A stretch of 64,000 bases of DNA from the human T2T-CHM13v2.0 reference genome, Homo sapiens, in NCBI RefSeq assembly GCF_009914755.1, contig NC_060944.1; one strand, written 5' to 3'. Both the position numbers and the translations under genes were made by a program. The stretch's first letter is position 1. Every line of letters begins with the position of its first letter. The notes beneath the pieces are model-generated. The model was not told where the DNA came from. It made no database searches and saw only the letters and a list, made by a program, of their open reading frames with translations. This document shows, in pieces, positions 39,296 to 53,655 of this stretch.

Positions 39296-39749
39296 TGTTG
39301 GCTGGAAGGTGTGGCAGCTTGCTCGGTGCCTGAGTGACAGTTCTTCCCAGCACAGGAGGTGGCCCACAGACCTCTCTTAGCTCTGAAAGTTCTGTAACAT
39401 CCTCTGAGAGATAAGCATTGTTGAGAAGGTTACCCCAGTTTCCAAGAGACTTGGCAATTTCTACTGTGCCCCATTGCCTAATATGTGACAGCTCCTCACT
39501 GACTTTCTTGAAAGTCTTTATTTCAATGCTATATCACAGCATACCAGATAATATTTCAAGCCACAACAAGGGAATCACAGGTAAGAGAAACTGCCCATCG
39601 TGTGCTGGGCAACTGAGCTTCCCACCAGGAGCCCTTAATGAGCTGCTGCATCTGCCAGGAGTGGGTGACATCTGTTTCTTTACATACACGTCCTGGCCCT
39701 GTGAGTTTCTTTTGAAATGAAGTGTAAGGCCCCTTTGAATTACAGAAAG

Positions 39750-39750
<1 letters not shown>

Positions 39751-39787
<37 letters not shown>
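39751..39787. repeat. (TG)18 microsatellite ~1.8 kb upstream of exon 1
   Basis: Direct read. Confidence 0.95.
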
Positions 39788-39788
<1 letters not shown>

Positions 39789-39811
39789 ATGGGGGAAGAG
39801 TCCACCTTCTG

Positions 39812-39884
39812 TTTCTTTCTTTTTTTTTTTTTTTTTTGAGACGGAGTCTCACTCTGTCGCCCAGGCTGGAATGCAGTGGTGCGA
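39812..39884 (-). mobile_element. Severely 5'-truncated Alu (3' ~45 nt plus tail)
   Basis: Poly-T then GAGACGGAGTCTCACTCTGTCGCCCAGGCTGGAATGCAGTGGTGCGA, followed abruptly by non-Alu sequence. Confidence 0.88.
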
Positions 39885-40879
39885 TTAAATTCAAACAGCA
39901 CCCAGGAGACAAAGGCGAGTCCTGGCTGCAGCCCAGGCAGGTGTTCTCTCGTCAAAACAAAATCTGCCTCAAAAGTCAATCCAGAGGCTGGGCAAGTGAA
40001 AGAGCAGTGACTTAGAGGCAGGGAACCCGAGCTTCAGGCTACTCCTGCACATTGGGTGGCTACACAATCTCAATTACCCTTTTTAAACTTCAATTTCTTC
40101 ATTTGATAAATGGGATCAATGACTCTCCACCTCAAATGGGTCTAATAGTATCTGCTCAACCTAATGGCTTAGATGGGAAACTGCTTTATTCAGGAAAGGA
40201 CTCCGGAAAGGTAAGCTGCTTTATTAAAGTGTGGTGGCATGTTCTTCCAAGTTGAGAAGTTCTGCTAGATGGGAGAAATGAACAGTGCCCGTTTCTGAGT
40301 GTTCCAGACCACAGCCTTGCAGCTCTGGGGACCTAAAGGAAGAAACATCAGGTGTGTCTCGCGGGGCTGCAGACATGAAGACGGGGATGGAATTCAGGTG
40401 ATAGTACTGGTTCCACTCATCCGCGCCTCCTTCAAATGCCTCCTTCTGGCACTCTGCATTTCAGCATTCTCTTTGGGCTGCGGAGGCTCCCTAGAAGCCA
40501 CGTCCCCTGAAAGGAATATAGGAAGGACCTCTTGTTCCTGGCACCACCTTTAACTCCTGCCCCTGCCCACCAGGACACCTGGGCAAGACGCAGCGCAATG
40601 GTGGGTTACCAGGCAGGAGGGAGGGCTCTAGGAAGGTTGGGAGCCATGGAACTCTGGAGCTTAACCTTCTCTGACCACCAGTGTACCAGCCTGCGGGTGG
40701 CAGGACTGGGGCCTCTGCCTAGTGTTGAAACGGGGGCGCACAGATGCTTTTCTAAATAACTTTTGACCCCCTTTCTGGTAAATCTTTTTTTCAGAGTTGA
40801 TTCTCTATGAAATCTACACTGCAAACACCACCTCCTCCGCTCCTAGAACGCAGACTGTCTTACCACCGCCCTAGTTTCC

Positions 40880-43520
40880 TTCCAATTCCAACTGGGGCGG
40901 GCCCGCCATGGGCCAACAACAGGCTGGCTCAGGGCTGAGGGGGTCTCTGGAGTCTGAACTCCGCGCCCGCTTGCTCCTCCAGGGCTTAGCTGGTCAGGAC
41001 TTGAACATTCGCCGGATCCATAAATTGGGTCATTTTTAACCTCAAAACCGAACCGCAGCCTGGGGAGGCCTTTAGGACCGAGGGGAGCCATCCCTTCCTC
41101 TAGTCGGGCAGCAAATTCCTGTCCTCCTAGTCCCCCGCAGCTATCCCCCGCCCCCAGCCTCTGTGGCCCTCACATTGTCAGACACTGGCCGCGGGCCACC
41201 ATCTGGACGCGATCCCCCGCTAGGGCCTCCCTGGTCTGGGCCAAAGTTGGTGGCCACCTTCGCGCGGGCTGCGCCCTCCTTCTCTTCCCTGCCCTCCTCC
41301 CCCGGGGCCCGCGCCCGCTGCCTCCAGCACGCGCGTCGGCAGGCTCGGCAAGCGAAGAGGAGCGGCTCGCCCCAGGGCGCCCCTCGCCCAGCCTGCCGGC
41401 CAGGCGAGCGCGACGAGAGTCTCCCCGCACCCCTTCCTCTCCCGGGGGCCGAGAGGGTTGGGCTCCGCCCCGGCGCCGCAGCTCCCGACTCCCCGCCGCT
41501 CGGGCTGCCGCCGCTGCCCCGCGCCCGGCGCTCGGGGCAGCCGGGGGCGCAGGCGGAGAGCGCAGGGCGGGGAGAGGCGTGGGGAGCAGAGCGGCGCTGA
41601 GGGGAGGGCAGAGGAGGAGAGAGCCTGGCAGCGGAGGAGCAGAGGCGGGCGCCGCACCGCCCCGCACGCTCGCTCGCTCGGGAGAGTCGCGGGCGGCCGC
41701 TTGGGCGCACTTGCCGGGTCACCTTGTCCCGGAGGTAAGTCCAGACCTCCCGGCCGCGGGGGCGGGCGGAGGGGCCCGCAGTGGGCGGGGTCGCGGCAGG
41801 GGCCGCGAGCTGGCGGCGGGAGCTGGAGGCTGCCCTGCGCTGGCGGGTGTCCTAGTCCTGGCTCCGCCTCGGAGCGCGCAGACCCGGCGGCGGCGTGGCG
41901 CCCGCGGTAAGTCCGGGTGGTCGCCGCGACGAGACTTGGGAGACACGGGGTCGCAGGGCGGGAGGGGGAGCTGAGCCGGCAGAGAAAATGCCCAGGAAGG
42001 GGTCGATGCTGGCCTGGGCTGCACCTTGGTGCCTTGCCACCCCGGGAGACGCGAAGGGGCTGCTGTGCGAATTCGATGGGAGCTGGTGAGACCGAGAACT
42101 GAGAGCGTAGCGGAGCCAGGCTGCCCAGCAGGGCCATGAGGGCGCGCGGCGGGCCAAGGCTCTGCGGGTTCGGGCTGCCCCTCGGAGTGACCCGAAGGAG
42201 ACCAGCCAGGGCTGGTGAGCCGGGCGGCCACGGAGCTGGGGACCTAGGTCTGTTTGGGAGTAGGAAGGGAAACAGACTAATTCTCCGAGCGGAGCGGCAG
42301 GCAAGGTGCAAGCGCGCTTGGGATGGGGAATCCCGACGGGCGACCGTGGCGGAAGCAGAGACTCCTGGAGCCTCTTTCCTCTAGCCAGGACAAGACCTGC
42401 CTTCAAAAGCTGTCTGGCCCCTGGCAGCCGCGACAGCCTGCAGCCCTGGGAGCCACAGCCCTGGCGCCGAGATGGGAGCGAGCACATACGCTTTTTTGGT
42501 TCCAATTTGAATCTCGCTTTTTCCTAGTCGTGATTTCTGCCTCTTCATGTGCACTCTCTGGGCAGTGAGGAGGAAGGAATGGCTCACTGGATGAGTTGGG
42601 CACTTTTCTTAGGGAAGGGGCTTTGTCCCTATGCGCTTTTTGCAAGACCCTACTAGAGTGGCTCTGGCAGCCGAGCTTTGAGGAGGCGGCCAGAGGGGCC
42701 GCTTGGCGTTTCTGAAAGACGAGAGGAAGGGGTCTTCTGGTAGTCCTGTTTTCCTTTGGGGGTTTCGTTGCACGCAGAGGCTTGGGCGCTTGGCACCCAG
42801 ACTTCAGGTGCGCACAGTCCTCCTGCGACGTCAGATGCGCTGGCGCCGCGGCGCTCCTGGCTCGGACCGATGCCTGCGCCTTCCCTGGCCACGTCCTGGT
42901 GTTTAGTGCAGCAGACACCGGCCGAAGGCTTGGCTGATTGGGGGTGTCGAGGGGAGGGGGGCTGGGCGTTACACAGTGGCTCCGTTTTCTGGTTGGAATC
43001 AGTTGGTGAGGCGTGCGCGCGCGAGTCCGTGTATCTGTCCGTCTCCCTCCTACAGCCCAGCGTGTTTGGTCTGAGTCCAAAGAAGGAGGTGGTGTGTGTG
43101 CTGCGTAGACCTGCGCCTGTGGGGTGAGCAGCCTCATAGCCCCCAGAGCCGGCCAACTTCTCCGTGCTAGGCTGCGACCTCAAGGGCTGCCGCGTCGGGG
43201 ATCGGAAGTGGTCTTCAAAGAGGGGTCTAGGTCGCGAAATCCTGGCAGCAGCCGAAGTGAAAAGGAGCTGCTAGGAGGCGGGCGGGGGGCAGTCTGATGT
43301 CCGTTCTGGCGCGGACAGGAAGAAACTGAAGTCGAATTTTTAGTTGAATTGCGTGCTCTGTGTTTGGCGGTGGTGTGGCCCGTTCTTTTGGAGGTCCACA
43401 CCACAGGTATGAGGCCTGTGGGCCCTGAGGAAGCGCGATCCCCTTAATTCCTCCCTCCCCTCTCTCTCCACCGCCCGCCCCTTTGCAAGGAGCAAGCCTG
43501 ACAGTAGCTGATCGGCGCCC
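40880..43520 (+). promoter_or_regulatory. SYNDIG1: CpG-island promoter, apparently TATA-less, with GC boxes
   Basis: Sharp rise in GC and CpG density versus CpG-depleted flanks; GGGCGG/CCGCCC boxes at ~40894, 41465, 41566, 41760 and 41783; encloses exon 1. Confidence 0.9.
41610..41734 (+). other. SYNDIG1: Non-coding first exon (5'UTR); intron 1 runs beyond the window end
   Basis: Ends GGTCACCTTGTCCCGGAG|GTAAGT (perfect U1 site). Matches my recollection of the SYNDIG1 mRNA 5'UTR; a GAPDH pseudogene ~24 kb upstream fits my recollection of 20p11.21. TSS approximate; identity should be confirmed by BLAT. Confidence 0.78.
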
Positions 43521-43799
43521 TCTCTCACCCTGTCCCCATTTCCTGCCTGAAAACGGAATCCTCATAATCAAGAGGGCCTTGTTAAAAAAAAAAAAAAAAA
43601 AAGGAAAGAAAAGATGGAGAAACCTATTTTTAAACTTTTTTATTATGGAAAATTTCAGTTGTACACAGTGACAGACAGAGAATAGCACTGAAGCTTTGTG
43701 TACCCCCCACCCAGTCACCACCTGCAGTTACCTTTGGTAGAGTTTTGGAGGCCTCAGAGTTTTGGAAGCCTTGTTTGATGAAGTATTTCAAAACTCATT

Positions 43800-43990
43800 C
43801 CAAAATGCTAAGTATTGGATAGTAGGTTAATTAGCTCCATTCAGTCATGACACATTGTATACGCATATCACAGCATCATTTTGTACCCCATAAACATACA
43901 CAATTATAATTTGTTAATATCTGATAAAATAAACCAATTCAGTAAAAATACAAAATCACTTTGATATAAACTTCAAAAAAATAAAAAAAC
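43800..43990 (+). mobile_element. L1MA-type 3' end nested in an older antisense L1 fragment (~43625-44060)
   Basis: GTTAATTAGCT...CACATTGTATACGCATATCACAGCATCATTTTGTACCCCATAAACATACACAATTATAATTTG; approximate TSD AAAACTCATTCCAAA / AAAACCATTCCAAA. Confidence 0.7.
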
Positions 43991-46900
43991 CATTCCAAAC
44001 TCACTTCACCTCTAAACACATCCCTCTGTATCTCCAGCTGATGACATTTCATTTTATGTTCACCTATCAGAAATGTCAGTTTTTAATAACCCCATTAGAG
44101 TATAGGTGATATTAAAATAAAAATGAAGGCCCCCTCCATTCCCATTTTAGGGTAGAAAAGGAAAACCTGCCAACTTTACTTGAGGCGTACAGGGGTGAGA
44201 TATTGAAGAAGGAAAGACAAGTCCGGATCCTGGGAAGACAGATATGTTAGCAATAGGAACAGACTCATTCTAATTCATGAAGGGCGTGAACACGATTCTG
44301 GTTGAGCCATGATAGGCAAGAGAATTTTTTTTGATAAAAACTTTAAAACTCAGTTCAAAAATTATAAGCAATTAATTTCTTCCACATTTAGCATTGAGAT
44401 AAATTAAAAGTGCTCTACCAGACTTGAGTTATTTTTCTCATTAATTTTAAATCGTATTTTCTAGGGAGTTATTACTATTATCAGAGAATAGAAAGTTGTT
44501 TTCTTATGTAAGATTTCTATCTGAGGCACTAGTCGGTGCTATTCTGAGGTTCATGGAGAGTACTGAACATTTCATTGTCTAATTAGAAAATGTTTGGTCA
44601 TCCTCCAGGTCACACCTGCTCTGCCCTCTGAAAAGGCTCTGTGCTTGCTGAGATGTGATATTCACTGTGACTTCTACTGTCTGGAGAGGCATGGCACGCA
44701 GGGAGGCACTGGAGGCAGTGGGAGGGGAGGCCCTCCCTCCACCAGCCCCCTCCCATTCTGCACACCTCTGTGCTTTCCTGTATATAAAAGCAGTTCCTAA
44801 AAATTGTCAGTGATGTTCTTAGAGGAGTCAGTCAGACTTTTGAATACCTTTATAAAGTGCACTATTTAAAGGTGTCCTTAGTTAACCTTTTGTAAGATGA
44901 ATAACCATCTTGTAGGTGAGCAGTTTTATGTCCTGTCACCCATCCCCAAATAAAACCTTGTCTTTTCATGACTCCAGCTTGACCCTGTGCCCCTCACATT
45001 GGCCTTTCAGACCCTCATGCACATTGGAAAATGCAGGCTCCATCTCAGAGTAAATGTACCGCTGTGGCCCATAGTTTGAACAGATGTCACATTATCAGCA
45101 AAATTCTTTGAATGAGTGGGTAAAGGTGACAAGGACTGAAGTATGTGGGGTGTTAATTTGACAACACCAGCAGAACACTAGGGGTAAATGACTAGCAAAA
45201 CAGCCTCTTGTATCAGTGGAAAGTTGCATAAGGTCATTTTGGGGCAGTGCACTGATAGAAGTTTTTGGAGCCTTAGCTCTTGACCCGGCATCACTACACT
45301 AGGGGCATGGTGTCAAAATCTCTACAAAGCAGTATTCAAAACATTAGAGATAGGCTGACCAGGTCTCTAACCACGTCACCAGAATTAGAATAATGAAGTT
45401 GTCGGCAGGAGGTTTGAACAAATGTGGTTTCTCAGCATTCTCTGTGCAAGATGCCCATTTTGAATGATTCCTGAGAGATCCTAAACTTGTGTTCAAAGAG
45501 CAGATGAAGTAACCCGGGCACCAGCTATGATTCAGTGCCCTCATGGTTGCTTTGCTTATGTCCAGGCAGCATATTGGATTGCACGGGGAGTGGGGGAGGG
45601 ACGCACTGGGGAGACAGGCGTGCAGAGTGTCTCCTGTCTCCAGGCTACTCCCTCTTTCCCCCTGGGCCTTTCCCGAGTGCCATGAGCAGACATAGGCTCC
45701 AGAATCTGGAAGGTCCCATTTGTTTTCTCAGAATGCCATGTGAATACAAATTTACCCAGAGAAACATTGAGACAATGAAGTGTCCTCAATCCAGTGTCTT
45801 TTTCATTTAACAAGCTGTGACAACATTAACGCTTGGTTTTCAAAATCCTGGAAAGAATATGGTTGAAAAGAAATGGTCTCAGAAAAGTGACGTGGTTTGT
45901 CTAAGATCATTCAACTAGCAAGCAGCAGAACCCAGAGTCTGGAGCCTACAACCTGCCATCAGCAAGAGTGAGGACTGGGACAGTGTGTTTGCACTCACTT
46001 GGGGTGGATGGATACATGCACAGGAATGTACCCAGGGTGTGTACATAGCCATGTGGGCTAAAGATTTACAGGAATGGATAGGAAAGGCATGTGAGCAATA
46101 GCTTATGAAATTTATCCTTAGCATAACTAAATTAGATTCATATTATGTTATAAAACTTACATGATGCATTCTCTAAGATGGAAACATTTTTAAAACAGAT
46201 TACCAACAGACCACCACCCTCCATTTATAATATGTGATGATTCAAGATGCAAGCATGGTTGGATGACAAACTGTAAATCATCTTAAACTATTGTTTGATA
46301 AATGACCTGTTAAACTACCAAAAACAAAGGAAAATAGAAACTCTAAAGAACAACAACAGATAAGCTTCAGGATCAAAAATAACTGCTAGAACCAAAAATA
46401 ACAGAACCAGGAAACATTAAACACAGGTAGAAAATAATAAAAATAAAAGCTGTTTCCAAAGGCACAACCCAGGGGATAACCTTGCCTGTTTAGTCGCATA
46501 AAAAGAATTTAGGAGTTCAGTTAGCATTATTTCAGAGAGATGGGCCTTGCAATCCGTGTTCAGTGTGAAAAACTTTTTGCTTGGTTTTTAGTTGTTAACT
46601 GAATTTTTGTCAATAACATTCATTTTTAAATACTGGGGTGGCATTTAGAGAATGAGTCTGAAGGAGAGAGTACTTGCGTGGATTTCAAACTGCGTCTTTC
46701 AAGAACGGCTCACTTAGGTTAAATTTCTATTTTGAACAATTCTTAGGTCTCCAACAAGTTCAGTTGTAATCTATCACTTGGCCTCACTGGGCAGGCGCCC
46801 GCTTTCACACGTTACCTCCATCTGTTTCTTCCTTACCTTTCCTCTATTTCAGAAAACTTCAGTGCCCAAAACAAAACCAGAAAGCAAACACATTTCAGAT

Positions 46901-47585
46901 AATTAGAACCACAAAAGTTTTATTCCATTGCCTCAACTTTAAACTACAGATCTTTCTGAAAGGGAGATACAGTAATCTTACCTCAAATACACTTGGAACC
47001 ACCCCCCATGCCCCCACTTAGAAAAGCAAATAAATGAAATGTTACAGAAACTCACTCTTCTGTCATGAGTACAATAGGCAGTTTTTAACTTCCTCCTATG
47101 ATCTTGGTCCTCACATGTTGGTGGTACAGACCCTCAGCTAGCATGGGTCTGAGATGCAGGAGTTTATTCCTGAAGATGCTAATGGGATTAAGTCCTGGGA
47201 CAGTTTCCCAGTGGAAACCCAGTAGCCATGCTGGGGAGTGGCCTGAGGCATTAGCTTTAGGGTAGCCCCCAGGGAAGCCCAACTCATCCTACAAAAGATT
47301 GGTACCAATTCCATTGTTAATTATTTGCAGTTTCTAAAAGTGCATTTAAGAAAGCCTATGTGTTTCTGTAGCCAACCTTCATGTCTGACATCTCAGCCTC
47401 AGCCCATCACCCATGTGTCTCCCTTATAAGAAACCTTGTCCTTATGGGTCGAGTGCCCCATGGGATAATGGCACAGGACCAGTAGGGCAGTTGAAAGAGT
47501 TGAAATGTGATAGGTAGTGTGCGTGGTTTCTGACATGCTGTCTAAGCACAGGGGCTGGCCTGGGCTTGTAGTCATAGATGATTGA

Positions 47586-48183
<598 letters not shown>

Positions 48184-48250
48184 TAAACCCAGAGATACAG
48201 CTCATTCATTTCAGTACTCTAATAATAGTTTAATACACTAAATTTCCTCA

Positions 48251-48708
<458 letters not shown>

Positions 48709-51700
48709 TCACACACTTTGTTCACAATGGGATCATCAAGGCTCTGCTGGAAGCCTCTCCTAACTGCTCTGGACTTGGTAAGGACCCTGCAGCCTGCAGC
48801 ACAGCTGTCCCACTAAAGTAGCCTGGAGCAAGGAGAGTCATTTGTCCAGCTGCATCTCTGTCCTTCTGCCATCTGCCATGGCCCTGCTCCTGTGGGTCCT
48901 CTTGTGTAACATTCATTGGTACACTTGCTAATCTGAATGTTCTGGGTGTAGGTGTATTAGCTGTAAATCGGAGCCCTAGATATATTTGAGGACATCACAG
49001 TCTATTTTAGAACCATAGACATGAAATGTATCTGTTGACTCAATATGTGCAGAATTCTGTAGCTTCCTTCCTTGCCTATTGCTAGACCTCGAGTTTCTGA
49101 TTTGCCACATACCTTTCCAGGAAAAACATGCGTCACACTCTTGGGACACAAAAATGAGTTTGCATCCCTAATCTCAGCAACGGTTCTCTCTGTTGCTCTT
49201 CACATGCCTACAGGGCAAAGTGGCACAGGGCTGCTTAGTGAGTGCTGGGGTGACCAGGTGGCCCTACCGTCTCACCATTGATGTTGGGCCATAGCCCGTC
49301 CTCAAACACACTGTTTTGTTTTTTTTTTCTTTTTTTACCAGAGCAGGGCCACATGGACACCTCCCTCCTCCCTAAGCTTTCCTGCATCCCATTGATTGTC
49401 TTCAGTCACCTATCTGTCCCACCCAGAGTCTGGCACTGCAGTTACCAGCTAGTCTGTTCTGCTACTTCAGCCTTGCCCCCGGTGCACCTGGGACTGTAGC
49501 ACCCAGACTCATAGACAGTGGGAACAAAGGGCTTCCTGATGGTCTCTGGATCAGAGAGCCAAGCTGTAACCCATCTGTGATTGCCCTGCCTCTCCATCAT
49601 CTTGTCCTCCAGTGATTGCAATGCCCTGGATACCTGCAGAGGTTACTGAGGGGATGGGGTATACAGCACCCCACTGCCCCTGGCTCCAGTGTGTCCTGTA
49701 CATTATGCAGAAGGCCAGGCCAGTGCATGGAAGTGGAGTAGGGAGAGCCATGGCTCTGGGAGATATTTGCCCTTCAGGGGAGACTGAGGCTGGGGTGCGA
49801 TGGAGGGGCTGATGGAAAGCCCAGCATTGGCCAAAGAATAGACCTCAGTCACTAGCACTTCTACACGGTTATAGATACTCCAAACTCCAGGTGTTTCTGT
49901 GCTGTCTGGACCTAAGACACAGACGTGGGCTTCCAGCATTACCGACCTCAGGATTTGGCTCTGGGCTGGACAAGAACTCCACCCTGCCAGTGGCTGAGCA
50001 TCCTCTCTTGGTAGAACCAGGTAAGCCTGGTGCCTCACCACAGGGCCGCCTGGCTGCCCTAAAAGGGTGGCTCTGCTCTTCAGGTCTGGATGAAATAGAG
50101 GTGAGCTAAACAATTGTGAGGAAATAAAGGGAGCTCAAACCCGAAGGGTCAGATTAAAGCTGGCAGGGCCTGTTTGGATGTTGTCATGAAGGAGATTCAG
50201 GAAGACCACCAGCTTCAACTATTGGTGCCTTATTGCTTCGGTGTCTGTCTCAGGGACCAGAGTGGCAGCGCCAGGCAGGGCAAGGGAGGAGCCCTAGGAG
50301 GGAGGGGTGGAGACTGAGCTTTGGCTGTTATTCTGTGTGACTCCCTCGGCGAGCTCCCCAGATGCCTGTTTGACACTTGGTGGAATGAAGAGACCCAGAG
50401 GGCTTCCCCAACGTGCCGTCCAGCCTCACTGTCTGCCAGAGGCAGAGCCAGGGCACAGGGACCCAAATTTTCAGGGCTTGCTTGCTTTTGTATTTGTCTC
50501 TAAAGTGCATTTTTTCTCACCCACTGTACTCAGTTTTCTTGGCATTGCTGGAACCTAGAATACTGTTTGGGACAATGACAGACCCCATGCACCGTAGACA
50601 AACAGATGCAGACAGCTCCAGCTTCCAGCAAGCCCCAGGTAGAACACAATGTGATGAGGACATTTCTCCATCTGTGCTTTTCAGTGGTTTCCTGGGAGGA
50701 GAGCGCCACAGCCAGTCAGGGGCACCATGGGCAAGGGGAGGCCCAGTTCCTAGGCCAGGCCAGGAGTCATGCACTTAGAAAAGTCAGGGAGAACAGAAGC
50801 CTCCCACAGAACTCACAGGCAGGCAGAGGGGAAGCTGCATTCCTGTAATGCCAGAGGCCAAGACATTTAGAGAGAATATCGGATTGAACTCCGCAGGACA
50901 GCAGGTCGACTGTCAGACCTCGTGGGCACTGTGTTCTTGTCTCGCTCTCAGCATAAGGCTTTTCCCGGAAGATGGAAATGTTCTTTCTCCTTAGACACTG
51001 CCCAGAAATGCTGATCTTCCTCGAATTTCTATTCAGAGCTTTAAATATTACAGAAATATATATTTGGTGAGTTGGGCTCTGCCAACTGTTTCAGTCTCTC
51101 CATAAGACTAAGTTGGTGCCTAATTAGAGTAAAAACAAGGATGCAAATTGCTTCTTGGGGACCCAAATCAGAGGGTCTCTGTCTCCACCAGAGCCTGGCC
51201 CAGCCCTGGAGAGTGACTTGGGAGCCCCGTCCTGATGGGTTCTTCCCGCTCCTCTGAGACCTTCTCCCCGAGCCCTCACCCTCCTTGGATTCCGCCTGCC
51301 AGGCCTTCTTTGTCAGAATGGAGTGGCCCCAGGGGCAGGACTCACCTCTACCAACTGAGCTTTCCTATGTGCACAACTGGCTGCCCTAGATATTTTCCTG
51401 TCCCTACCCCTTACCCAAGGCCATCTCTGGGATGTTCTCTGGGGCAGCAGCCTCAGTGAACCCATTCTCTATCTGCTCCCTCCAGCCCCTCAGGCTTCCC
51501 TTCCCATGCCCCTTCCTCTGATAATGATACTCAGTAACCCAGGAATCCACACCAGAAACTCCCTAGCCCCTGTGCTTCTTCCTCTTCCTCATCACTAGAT
51601 CTAAGTATTTCCTGCCTCTCTCTTGCATCTTTTCCACCCTTGGCCCCATATGCACACTCATCTCTTGCCAGATCATCTCAGTACCGTCCTGCAAGCTCTC

Positions 51701-52404
51701 CCTGCCTGCTGCATTGTGCCTCTTGCCTCCAGGACTGCCAGGAGAGTGAGCTGTCTCAAGTGCAGATCCGCCTCTGGGGCGCTCCTCTCGAAGCCCCCTA
51801 CTGGCACTGGACAGGCTGCTTGGGAAAGATACAAGGCAAGGCTGTCCTGTCAGTCCCTGTTCACCCTCCAGCCTCATCACCATTTCTCTAGGTGCCCAGA
51901 ACACTGAGTTACTCCTGCCCTGCCATGCACAGGTACATGTGCACACACAAATGCCTGCACACACACACACTCCATGGTCCCACACGTGCACGCGCGCACG
52001 CACACACATTACATAGTCCCACACCTCCCCCACCTGCAGTTGGCTACCTCTTGCCTCTTGCTAATCTCCTTTGAGGTTCAGAGGCTTAGCTTGATCATCA
52101 CCTCTTCCCAGCATCCTTCCTCCAAGTTTGGCATCCCCGCTTCTAGGTGTCCTTGGCACCTGGGCCCATCCCAGCACTGGTGTGGCATTAGCAGAACAAC
52201 CGAAGATGAAATATCTACAAGTAACTGTCAAGAAATGTGTAAGACCTATATAATGCTATTTCAATCAGAATGCCAATATTATATTGCCTTTTGAGCTTGA
52301 CAGAATTATTCAGAAGTTCATGAAATTTAGGCTACAGTACTAAATTTTTTTCAGTGAAGAAATGTCCTACCAGATAATAAAACGAAGTGTTCAAATTACG
52401 TTAA

Positions 52405-53130
52405 TTGACCTCAAATCCATTAGGATGGCTACTGTCAAAAAAATCACAGAAAATAACAAGTGTTGGTAAGGACGTTTGGAAATTGGAACCCATGTGCACT
52501 ACTTGGGGAACTGTGAGAGGACGTAGTTGCTATGGAAAATAGTGTGGAGGTTCCTCAGAAACACTAAACATAGATTTGCCATATGATCCAGCAGTCCCAC
52601 TTCTGGGTATATATCCAAAATAATGGAAAGCAGAGTCTTGAAGAGATATGCACATGCCCATTTTGATAGTAACATTATTCACAATAGCTAAAACGTGGAA
52701 GCAAGCCAAGAGTCTATCAGCAGATGAGCGGATAAGCAAAATGTGCTAAACACATACAGTGAAATATAGTTCAGCCTTGAAAAGAAAAGAAATTCTGTCA
52801 TAGGCTACAACATGATGAACCCTGAGGACACTATGCTTAGTGAAATAAGCCAGAGACAAAAAGGCACATACGATATGGTTTCACTTATCTGACATACTGA
52901 GAGTTCTCAAACTCAGAGGCACAAAGTACAATGGTGGTTGTGAGGGTTTGGGGAAGAGGAGATGGGAGTTATTGTTTAAAGGGTATAGAGTTGCATACGT
53001 GCGAGATGAAAAAGTTCTGGAGAACCCTTGTGCAGCAATGTCAATATACTTAGCACACTAAGAAATGGTTACGATTATGTAAATTTTATGTTGTGTGTGT
53101 GTGTGTTTTTTGCCACAATAAAAAAAAACT
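52405..53130 (+). mobile_element. L1MA/L1MB-type 3' end
   Basis: CCATTAGGATGGCTACTGTCAAAAAAA...CATATGATCCAGCAGTCCCACTTCTGGGTATATATCC...GAACCCTGAGGACACTATGCTTAGTGAAATAAGCCAG...CCACAATAAAAAA. Confidence 0.88.
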
Positions 53131-53164
53131 ACATTAATTGGAAATGTAAGATTCTAGTTACTGG

Positions 53165-53655
53165 TATGTAGTTAACAGGCTATTCTGATCTACTGTTGCA
53201 TAACAGACTGCCCCCAAAACTCAGTGTTCATGGATCTGTGGGTCAGGAATTTGAAAGGGCACAGTGGGGACGGCTTATCTTTGCACCATGGCTCCTGGGG
53301 CCTCAGCTGGGAAGACTCACATGGCTGGGGCTGGAGTCCTTGCCCAGGTTGGGCTCACTCGAAGCCTGGACCAGGAGCACCTACACGTGACCTCTCCCTG
53401 GGTTTCCTCCCAGCATGGTGTCAAGGGGGCCAGACTTCATATGCCGAGGCTTCTGCTCCAAAAGTGAGTGTGAACATGGTCAAGACTGCACGATCTCCTG
53501 AACCGTCTCCACAGCCACTCTGGGTCAGCGCCACAAGATTCTGCTGATTATAGGCAAGTTTCTAAGCCAGCCCAGAATCAAGGAGGCAAATTAGACCCCA
53601 CTTTTGAAGGGAGGTGTGTGAAAGAATTTATGAACCATGTATTCAATCTGCCATG
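53165..53655 (-). mobile_element. MaLR LTR (MLT1G/H-like)
   Basis: CTACTGTTGCATAACAGACTGCCCCCAAAACTCAGTG...TCATGGATCTGTGGGTCAGGAATTTG...CACCTACACGTGACCTCTCC. Confidence 0.72.

Noticed and set aside
42122-42140. CTCF-like CCAGCAGGGGCC
   Set aside because: Core mismatch, and such matches are expected by chance in GC-rich sequence
41141-43721. Many 130-363 aa Arg/Gly/Pro/Ala-rich ORFs
   Set aside because: Typical of stop-poor CpG-island DNA in all frames; the gene's start codon is expected in exon 2, outside the window
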